Assembly (NCBI GenBank): GCA_965212055.1
Contig: OZ243041.1
Location: forward strand, 484,149 to 548,148
Reading direction: 5' to 3'
DNA: 64,000 nucleotides
Source of the DNA: Fidelibacterota bacterium
Lineage (GTDB): Bacteria; Fidelibacterota; Marinisomatia; Marinisomatales; Marinisomataceae
Position 1 is the first letter of the stretch. Each line of letters starts with the position of its first letter. The notes under the pieces were generated by a model. The model was not told the origin of the DNA and did no database searches. It saw only the letters and a list, made by a program, of their open reading frames with translations. The position numbers and the translations under genes were made by a program. Below, one piece after another: positions 57,496-64,000 of the stretch.

Positions 57496-58268
57496 TAATT
57501 AAATAATTGATATAGTTTTGGTTTAATTTTAGATGACAATTTACTACTAGAAACGGTTTTCGTAACATCTTTTCTTAGTTCTTTTTGTGTCTGTATATCT
57601 AATTGTGCAAAATCCTTACAGTCCTCTGAACAACAGCCATTATATGTTGTTTTACAATTATCACATTGAATAAATAGAATATGACATGCATCGTTTGCAC
57701 AATTCGTATGTGAATCTGCTTTGTGTCCACATTGATGACACTTTCCAATTATATGGTTAGTGACCTTTTCTCCTAGACGATTATCAAATACAAAATTTTT
57801 GCCTATAAATTTTGATGGAAGGTTCTCTTTTTTAATATCATGTGCATATTGAACAATTCCACCATCAAGTTGGTATACTTCTTTAAATCCTTGTTTTAGA
57901 AGGTAAGAACTCGCTTTCTCACATCGAATACCCCCTGTACAGTATAAATGAAGTTTTTTATCCTTTTTATCGGCTAATAATTGTGCTACTTCAGGAAGCA
58001 ATTCTTTTGAACGGTCTACATCTGGTGTAATTGCCCCTTCAAACTTTCCTACTTCGCTTTCGTAATAATTACGAATATCTACTACAATAGCATCCTTTTG
58101 ATCAATAGAGGCGTTAAATTCTTGTGCTGACAAGTGTTTCCCCACTTTATTCATATCATAGGTATCTTTTGGTAGATTGTATGCAACAATTTCTTCTTTT
58201 ACCTTAATAGTCAATTTTAGGAACGATAATCCTTCTTGGACTGCTTTTTTAAGCTTCATTCCCTTCAA
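57486..58268 (-). CDS. trhO: rhodanese-domain tRNA uridine(34) hydroxylase TrhO/YceA (UPF0176); the called ORF lacks the N-terminal domain because of a frameshift
   Basis: LYCTGGIRCEKAS, FIGKNFVFDNRLGEKV, CHQCGHKADSHTNCANDACHILFIQC are collinear with E. coli YceA. The same frame stays open upstream to 58475 (RIFQRITCSFYRYCAIDNPEGLRNQLYQDLSDLKILGRVYVAEEGINAQISVP) with no start codon. Confidence 0.85.
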   Translation of the reverse strand: MKGMKLKKAVQEGLSFLKLTIKVKEEIVAYNLPKDTYDMNKVGKHLSAQEFNASIDQKDAIVVDIRNYYESEVGKFEGAITPDVDRSKELLPEVAQLLADKKDKKLHLYCTGGIRCEKASSYLLKQGFKEVYQLDGGIVQYAHDIKKENLPSKFIGKNFVFDNRLGEKVTNHIIGKCHQCGHKADSHTNCANDACHILFIQCDNCKTTYNGCCSEDCKDFAQLDIQTQKELRKDVTKTVSSSKLSSKIKPKLYQLFNYWK

Positions 58269-58375
58269 AATAGATGATGTATCGATATAATCCTTAAAAC
58301 TGTCCCATTTATGGTCAGGAACGCTAATTTGGGCATTAATTCCCTCTTCAGCGACATATACCCTCCCTAAAATCT

Positions 58376-58558
58376 TTAAATCGGATAAATCTTGATATAA
58401 TTGATTTCGTAATCCTTCTGGATTATCAATTGCACAATATCGATAAAAAGAACACGTAATACGTTGAAAGATTCTTTATCTAAATCTTTTCTTAACTCAA
58501 ATTTTGATTCTTTATCTAAATCTTTTCTTAATTCAAATTTTGATTTTTTGTTAAACAT
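58376..58558 (-). pseudogene. trhO: N-terminal fragment of trhO in a different frame (start codon plus duplicated 12-aa segment)
   Basis: MFNKKSKFELRKDLDKESKFELRKDLDKES, then out-of-frame junk. Joining to the 57486..58475 frame needs a 1-nt correction near 58467-58470. Confidence 0.6.
58471..58542. repeat. 2 x 36-bp tandem direct repeat (1 mismatch) inside the trhO 5' region
   Basis: 58471-58506 attctttatctaaatcttttcttaaCtcaaattttg and 58507-58542 attctttatctaaatcttttcttaaTtcaaattttg. Confidence 0.95.
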
Positions 58559-58598
58559 GATTGGATTTTAATAGAAAAAGGATTGGTTATCAATCATT

Positions 58599-59558
58599 TT
58601 AAAGAACACTTTTAACATCGTGTAATTTGTTAGTATTCCCTTTATATAGCGCATATTGGAATCCTTTCTGGATAGATGCATACCCAATACTTCCATCTTT
58701 TCCTAATGCAATATATCCAACTTGTAACTTGGTTTTACCGCCTTCTTGTTTAATAATACGATCAACTGCTTCCTTACAAGCTTCCATGGCAGAATACCCG
58801 TGGCGCATTAATTCTACTACTAAAAAACTACCACATGTTTTAATTACCAATTCTCCAACACCAGTTGCACCTGCAACCCCTACTTCATTATCAACATACA
58901 TTCCTGCACCAATAATTGGGCTATCTCCTACACGTCCATGTAATTTATAAGCTAAGCCGCTTGTCGTACATGCGCCTGATAAATTGCCTTCATTATCTTG
59001 TGCTAATGAAGTAATGGTATCATGATCATCATTTGGTCCCCACGAATCTTTAATATTGTTGTTTTTCTTCCATTCTAACCATCCTTTTTTTGATTTTTCA
59101 GTTAGAAGGTTTTCTTTTTTGAATCCATTTTCTAATGCAAACTTCAAGGCACCTTTGCCTGCTAACATTACATGATCTGTTTTTTCCATTACTTTTCTTG
59201 CAACAGAAATTGGATGTTTAATATTTTGTAAAAACGCAACAGCGCCTGCATTCCCATCCGAATCCATGATACATGCATCTAAAGTAACATTTCCTTCTCG
59301 ATCAGGTCTTCCGCCTAATCCAACAGATTGATTCTCAGCATCTGCTTCGGTCACTTGGACACCTGCTTCTACTGCATCTAATGCCGAACCATTCTTTTTT
59401 AATATTTTCATTGATACTTCATTGGCCGGCATTCCATGAGACCATGTTGAGATTACAATAGGGTTATTCTTATTTACTTTCATATTCTTATTCCCCGCTA
59501 AAAGAATAGGGCTTGCTAATCCAGCTGCTCCTACTTTGATAAAATTTCTTCTTTTCAT
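58599..59558 (-). CDS. N4-(beta-N-acetylglucosaminyl)-L-asparaginase / isoaspartyl peptidase-family Ntn hydrolase with Tat-type signal
   Basis: MKRRNFIKVGAAGLA (twin-Arg signal). HDTITSL autoprocessing site. TTSGLAYKLHGRVGDSPIIGAGMYVDNEVGVAGATGVGE matches glycosylasparaginase/Asparaginase_2. Confidence 0.85.
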   Translation of the reverse strand: MKRRNFIKVGAAGLASPILLAGNKNMKVNKNNPIVISTWSHGMPANEVSMKILKKNGSALDAVEAGVQVTEADAENQSVGLGGRPDREGNVTLDACIMDSDGNAGAVAFLQNIKHPISVARKVMEKTDHVMLAGKGALKFALENGFKKENLLTEKSKKGWLEWKKNNNIKDSWGPNDDHDTITSLAQDNEGNLSGACTTSGLAYKLHGRVGDSPIIGAGMYVDNEVGVAGATGVGELVIKTCGSFLVVELMRHGYSAMEACKEAVDRIIKQEGGKTKLQVGYIALGKDGSIGYASIQKGFQYALYKGNTNKLHDVKSVL

Positions 59559-59573
59559 AACATCATAATTTAG

Positions 59574-59613
59574 GAAAAAAAAGAGCCTACCAACTATACA
59601 ATTGATAGGCTCT
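59574..59613 (-). terminator. rho-independent terminator after gene 59641..60396
   Basis: On the - strand: AGAGCCTA-16 nt loop-TAGGCTCT followed by TTTTTTTT. Confidence 0.6.
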
Positions 59614-59640
59614 CTATAATCAAAATAAGATTAATTTAAA

Positions 59641-60396
59641 TTAATCCATTGTTGTACTTAATTCTGGTCTAAATCTCCAGGTTTCACTCCAAATCCAACT
59701 CCATCCACCTCTGACTTTGGAATCTAGATCTGAATCTTCATCATACATTTTTTGAAGTGTTTCTCCAAATTCTGCTTGATGTGGACCTAACATCTCAGAC
59801 ATAGTCATGTGAGGTGTTGAATATGAATACACTGAAACATTTCCTCCTAATGTCTTTGTCATTGCTACCCAAGGTCTTTTGCTATCACTTTGTTTTGCAA
59901 TTTCATTGAATTTTGAAAACACATATTCTGTATTCGCAGTTCCTCCTTGTTGAACTCCATAGTAGTATACTGTAATAAAATTTGGAGGTCCTTGATTGTT
60001 AACATTAGCACCGTCCACAGTAGGCATGTTTCTACTTAAGTCTGGACGAATTGTCCAAAATTCCATACCTCCAATTTGCTCAATCATACTATCATTCCAT
60101 TTATCATATGGAACTGGATCGTGATTAGACATAGCATCATATACACTATCTACCATATCTAACGGGGTTGGCCACTGAGCAGCTGCAACTCTTACATACT
60201 TTCCAGCATTAGGTCCATTCACAATTGAAAATGTATTTACGGCTCCCAAACCTGTATGAGCTTTATTATGGTGGATCATTCCTTTTTCAAAATCAGCTAC
60301 TCTTACACCTTCTTCAACACCTAAGACGCTCTGCATGTGATATGCCTGTCCAAATGCTAAAGTAGAAAAAATAACTGCTATTAATAGTTTCTTCAT
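59641..60396 (-). CDS. secreted protein, unknown function
   Basis: Signal peptide MKKLLIAVIFSTLAFGQA. 251 aa. No family recognised. Confidence 0.4.
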   Translation of the reverse strand: MKKLLIAVIFSTLAFGQAYHMQSVLGVEEGVRVADFEKGMIHHNKAHTGLGAVNTFSIVNGPNAGKYVRVAAAQWPTPLDMVDSVYDAMSNHDPVPYDKWNDSMIEQIGGMEFWTIRPDLSRNMPTVDGANVNNQGPPNFITVYYYGVQQGGTANTEYVFSKFNEIAKQSDSKRPWVAMTKTLGGNVSVYSYSTPHMTMSEMLGPHQAEFGETLQKMYDEDSDLDSKVRGGWSWIWSETWRFRPELSTTMD

Positions 60397-60465
60397 GATT
60401 TCCTCACTTTATTGTTAACATTAATATCTTAATAAATATTTGCCTGAATCAAAATAATAACAATA

Positions 60466-61380
60466 TTAAAGATTAAAAATATTCCCTCTCTCCACTATAT
60501 TAAACCCATTATAAATTATTTTTTTGTATTCATTTGAATTTTTGTTTAAAGCAGGATTTGTATGGTTAAGATGAATAAAATGTATAGAATTTCTATATAT
60601 TGAATCTTCAAAAATTTCCATTGTTTCAATGATAAATGGATGCGGGATTTTTGACATATCTCTACCTGGTAATTCATTAATATCATAAAAAGTACCATCA
60701 AGCAAACTATAATCATTGTCTTCTACTAATTCTTTAATATTTGATTCCCATTTATCCCATTTATCAATATCAGGAATGAAAATTAAAGATTTATTAGGGC
60801 CTTGTACTTTATATCCTACTGTTTCTGAGTACTCATCGCGGTGCGGTACTAAAAATGGAACAATAGATAATCGTTCATTTAATTGCACTACCCCATTATC
60901 GTTAATCTCTTGAATTGATATATTGCCTAGATTAACTAATTGATTCCAAGGACCATTTGTTTCTAAAAATTGCTTCATTCTTGGCATTGCATACACAGGA
61001 ACCTCTTTTGCCCCCATTACTTCTCTTCCAAGATGTATAAGTCCTGTGTAATGACCAATATGAGCATGGGTTAAAAAAACACCACTCAATTGATTGTCAA
61101 TGGCTGTTAGTTGTAGTGCAAAATCAGGGGTTGCATCAATTATCCATGACTCTTCTGTAACTGGATCAACAATAGCAATACTTGATACTCTTGCATGTTG
61201 GGTAGGATCATCCCATTTCTCCTCACAACATTCCTTTATGCAACCAGCATGAGGAGCACCACCATCTTGAGCAATTCCTAGAACAATAACATAAGGATTG
61301 GTAGAACTTTTATTTATATTTGCGGCAAAAAATATTGAGAATATTACTAGGAAAAGTACTATACGGTCAAAATTTTTCAA
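60466..61380 (-). CDS. MBL-fold hydrolase, PqqB-like
   Basis: VLGIAQDGGAPHAGCIKECC (PqqB-like N-terminus). FLTHAHIGHYTGL metal motif. Confidence 0.65.
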   Translation of the reverse strand: MKNFDRIVLFLVIFSIFFAANINKSSTNPYVIVLGIAQDGGAPHAGCIKECCEEKWDDPTQHARVSSIAIVDPVTEESWIIDATPDFALQLTAIDNQLSGVFLTHAHIGHYTGLIHLGREVMGAKEVPVYAMPRMKQFLETNGPWNQLVNLGNISIQEINDNGVVQLNERLSIVPFLVPHRDEYSETVGYKVQGPNKSLIFIPDIDKWDKWESNIKELVEDNDYSLLDGTFYDINELPGRDMSKIPHPFIIETMEIFEDSIYRNSIHFIHLNHTNPALNKNSNEYKKIIYNGFNIVERGNIFNL

Positions 61381-61398
61381 GGCGGATTGTCTTAACCG

Positions 61399-63258
61399 CT
61401 ATACACCGACAGGTCGCTTGTCAATATACATTTCATCGATTTCAGCTTGGTGTTTTTCAGTAACAACTTTACGTTTAATAGATAGCTTAGGAGTTAATTC
61501 TCCAGCTTCAACTGTCCATTCTTCAGGAATTAATGTAATTTTTCGAATTGATTCATAACGAGAAAACTTGCTCATAGCTTCTTCAACAATGTCATTATAC
61601 ATATCATAAGTTTTTTGATCTGCACAAAGACTTTCATAATCCATTGATTCCATGCCATTTTTTTCTGCCCATGCAATCAAATTCTCTCTACTTGGAACAA
61701 CCAAAGCAGAAATAAAGTTTCGATCATCACCAATTGCTAAGCATTGTTCAATATACTTATTTGAAGTCAAGGTCACTTCCATTGGTTGTGGTGCAACATT
61801 TTTACCACCGGATGTCACTATTAAACTCTTTTTTCTATCTGTAATCTTTAATAATCCATCTTCATCAAACATTCCAATGTCACCGGAATGGAACCATCCA
61901 TCTTTCATAACTTCAGCAGTAGCTTCAGGTTCTTTATAATATCCCTTCATTACATTGTGTCCACGACATAAGATTTCTCCATCTTCTGCAATCTTAACTT
62001 CCACGCCTGGAATTGGCTTTCCAACGGTACCATATTTAAAGAATTCAGGATGTCCTACGGTCATCACAGGACTTGTTTCTGTTAGTCCATATCCTTCTAC
62101 GATTGAAATCCCAATACCACAAAAGAATGATCCAACTTCTGGAGATAGTGCTGATCCACCGGAAGATGCAGCTGCAACTCTACCGCCTAAAATTGCTCTA
62201 AACTTACTTAAAACTAATTTGTCTGCTAAATTCCACTGCAACCCAAGTAGGAATGGTAATTTTTCATCCCTTTGAAAGTATGGTGCCGCTTTTAATCCAA
62301 CATTAATAGCCCAATTAGCAAGCACTTTCTTTATTCCAGTAGCTTCATCAACACCTTCCATAATTTTTGCATGAATCTTTTCAAAAATTCTTGGAACAGC
62401 AGTCAAAAATGTTGGCCTAACTTCCTGAATATTAGGAACAACAAAGCTCATATCTGGTAAATTTTCTGCATAATAAATTTGCATCCCTGCATTAAAACAA
62501 CCGTAATGTCCTCCCACTCTTTCAAAGCTATGTGCAACTGGCAGGAAGGATAAAAATGCTTTTTCTTCCATACCGTATTTGTCTTGAATAAGATCAATTA
62601 ATTCTCCAATAGATAACAAATTTCTACAAACATTATCATGAGTTAACATTACTCCTTTTGGAAGACCAGTTGTTCCACTTGTATATATTAAAGTTAACAA
62701 ATCATCAGGTTGAACAGTTTCAGCTATTGCTTTAATATCATGAGTAGTATTATTTAAAGATACTATTTTTGAAAAATGAGTAGCATGTTCACCAGAATAG
62801 CTTTCATCCATAATAATAATTTTATTTAAATGACACTCATCATCGCTTAATAGTGGTAAAATTTTATCTAACTGTTCTTTGTCTTTAACAATAGCAATTT
62901 TACTCTCAGAATGTTTTACAACATATTGTGATTGTTCAGCAATAAGAGTTGGATAAACTGGAACAGAAACAGCACGAATGTGTGCGATAGCAAAGTCAGA
63001 AGTACACCACTCAGGAGAATTTGTTCCAACAATTGCTACTTTATCATGTTCATTAATTCCAAGATTCTTTAAACCGTTTGCAAAACCTTCTACGCGTGCT
63101 TGCAATTCGTTAAATGTTTGCCCTTTCCATTGACCATCTTTTTTAACAAAATATGTTTCAATATCTTGGTTTTCGGAAACAACGCGTTGAAACATTTGAG
63201 GAATAGTGGCAAAAGTAGCTTCTACCCCTTTGTAACCTGGATGTGGATTCTTGCTCAT
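61399..63258 (-). CDS. long-chain-fatty-acid--CoA ligase (AMP-forming)
   Basis: YTSGTTGLPKGVMLTH (AMP-binding), GYGLTETS, SGDIGMFDEDGLLKITDRKK. 619 aa. Confidence 0.9.
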   Translation of the reverse strand: MSKNPHPGYKGVEATFATIPQMFQRVVSENQDIETYFVKKDGQWKGQTFNELQARVEGFANGLKNLGINEHDKVAIVGTNSPEWCTSDFAIAHIRAVSVPVYPTLIAEQSQYVVKHSESKIAIVKDKEQLDKILPLLSDDECHLNKIIIMDESYSGEHATHFSKIVSLNNTTHDIKAIAETVQPDDLLTLIYTSGTTGLPKGVMLTHDNVCRNLLSIGELIDLIQDKYGMEEKAFLSFLPVAHSFERVGGHYGCFNAGMQIYYAENLPDMSFVVPNIQEVRPTFLTAVPRIFEKIHAKIMEGVDEATGIKKVLANWAINVGLKAAPYFQRDEKLPFLLGLQWNLADKLVLSKFRAILGGRVAAASSGGSALSPEVGSFFCGIGISIVEGYGLTETSPVMTVGHPEFFKYGTVGKPIPGVEVKIAEDGEILCRGHNVMKGYYKEPEATAEVMKDGWFHSGDIGMFDEDGLLKITDRKKSLIVTSGGKNVAPQPMEVTLTSNKYIEQCLAIGDDRNFISALVVPSRENLIAWAEKNGMESMDYESLCADQKTYDMYNDIVEEAMSKFSRYESIRKITLIPEEWTVEAGELTPKLSIKRKVVTEKHQAEIDEMYIDKRPVGV

Positions 63259-63311
63259 GATTATATCATTGACAAAATAACTACTTTAAGCCAAATTAGT
63301 CAATTGTTTTT

Positions 63312-63395
63312 GCCGGGGTGGCGGAATTGGTAGACGCGCTGGTCTCAAACACCAGTGAGGATTTCCTCATGTCGGTTCGAGCCCGACCCTCGGTA
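63312..63395 (+). tRNA. tRNA-Leu (anticodon CAA)
   Basis: Acceptor gccgggg/cctcggt (two G-U pairs). Anticodon stem ctggt/accag with loop CTCAAAC. Long variable arm. T arm gtcgg-ttcgagc-ccgac. Discriminator A. Confidence 0.88.
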
Positions 63396-63430
63396 CAAAA
63401 AAAAAGGGCTTTATTTGAAGCCCTTTTTCT
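63396..63430. terminator. bidirectional rho-independent terminator
   Basis: AAAAAAAA-AAGGGCTT-tatttg-AAGCCCTT-TTT, immediately 3' of tRNA-Leu and 3' of the convergent - strand gene. Confidence 0.75.
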
Positions 63431-63522
63431 TAATTATGTTAACTTATTAAAACGTTATTACTTTTTCTCCGCTTCTTCTTCTGGAGGAAATACTTCATCA
63501 CTTAGTGTCTTAATTTCTTTCT

Positions 63523-63951
63523 TCAACTTAGTAATATCTCTTCAACTTGATTATTACGTATCTTTCTATTCAGATTGTCTTCTACTCCCTCAAGATCACG
63601 TTCGACATTTTTTATCTTCTTTGATAAATCACGATCAACGCGTTTAATTTCATATGCTAAATCATCTATTAAATCTCCAAGTGAATCAGCTTTCGCATAA
63701 ATTAATTTTGTGTTCGCAAGAATCATTTGTCTTCCTTCTTGGATTTTCTTTCCTTGACCAATATTATCAAGCTCAACATTCTTAACTCTTTCTCTAAATT
63801 CTGTATTAACATCGTCTACATGTTCTTTATGATCAGCTTCTAGTCTTACCATTTCTTCCATTGCAGATTTTGTTTGAAAAAATGAACCAGCAACTGATAC
63901 AACAAGAAATAACATGAGGACACTTAAGACTTTTTCTGTGTTAGTTAACAT
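63523..63951 (-). CDS. membrane-anchored coiled-coil protein, unknown function (C-terminus possibly extended to 63457 by a frame change)
   Basis: N-terminal TM (VLSVLMLFLVVSVAGSFF), then heptad-like K/E/D/L-rich sequence. Confidence 0.45.
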   Translation of the reverse strand: MLTNTEKVLSVLMLFLVVSVAGSFFQTKSAMEEMVRLEADHKEHVDDVNTEFRERVKNVELDNIGQGKKIQEGRQMILANTKLIYAKADSLGDLIDDLAYEIKRVDRDLSKKIKNVERDLEGVEDNLNRKIRNNQVEEILLS

Positions 63952-64000
63952 ATTGTATTATCCCTTTCTTTGTTTTGAGATGATTGAAACTAATAAATGA

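Noticed and set aside
61381-61398. Small GCGG...CCGC hairpin between the fadD-type ligase and the PqqB-like gene
   Set aside because: It has only a 4-bp stem and no T-run, which is not enough to call a terminator.
1-64000. Search for mobile elements, prophage, toxin-antitoxin, restriction-modification, CRISPR-Cas, retron or DGR-type systems
   Set aside because: No integrase, transposase, reverse transcriptase, nuclease/helicase defence domains, terminal inverted repeats or spacer arrays were recognisable in any frame. The window reads as core chromosome.

Overview
AT-rich bacterial chromosomal segment made up almost entirely of housekeeping and cell-envelope genes. No transposase, integrase, phage, CRISPR or recognisable defence genes were found. 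A T9SS C-terminal sorting domain, a TonB-dependent receptor with a CarboxypepD_reg N-domain, and DUF5916-, Omp28- and DUF4295-like proteins suggest an FCB-superphylum-like (Bacteroidota/Marinimicrobia-type) marine organism; this placement is inference only. Two conserved translation blocks are present: thrS-infC-rpmI-rplT-pheS-pheT-zapA-folD on the + strand and nusA-infB-rbfA-truB-ribF-rpsO-pnp on the - strand. Also present are gltX, leuS, tadA, msrA, ald, a fadD-type ligase and four tRNAs: Ser-GGA, Ser-UGA, Arg-ACG and Leu-CAA. Main observations: (1) A 28-bp sequence at 40805-40832 matches the E. coli dif site at 23/28 positions. It sits where about 30 kb of + strand genes meets about 23 kb of - strand genes, so this is probably the replication terminus. 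(2) Two tRNA genes abut tRNA-related enzyme genes with 2-3 nt spacing: tRNA-Arg(ACG) before tadA, its own editing enzyme, and tRNA-Ser before gltX. (3) There are three clear apparent frameshifts (acidic-tail gene at 947, nusA tail, trhO) and one weaker candidate (coiled-coil gene at 63.5 kb). Most lie at short repeats or nucleotide runs, and they may be sequence errors. (4) pheT carries an in-frame insertion of about 100 aa. (5) Two ATTGAGA-N5-TCTCAAT-type dyads lie upstream of the TonB-dependent receptor. (6) Several translationally coupled mini-ORFs fall below the ORF-track cutoff. I found no convincing novel multi-gene system; the candidates are listed with their limits.
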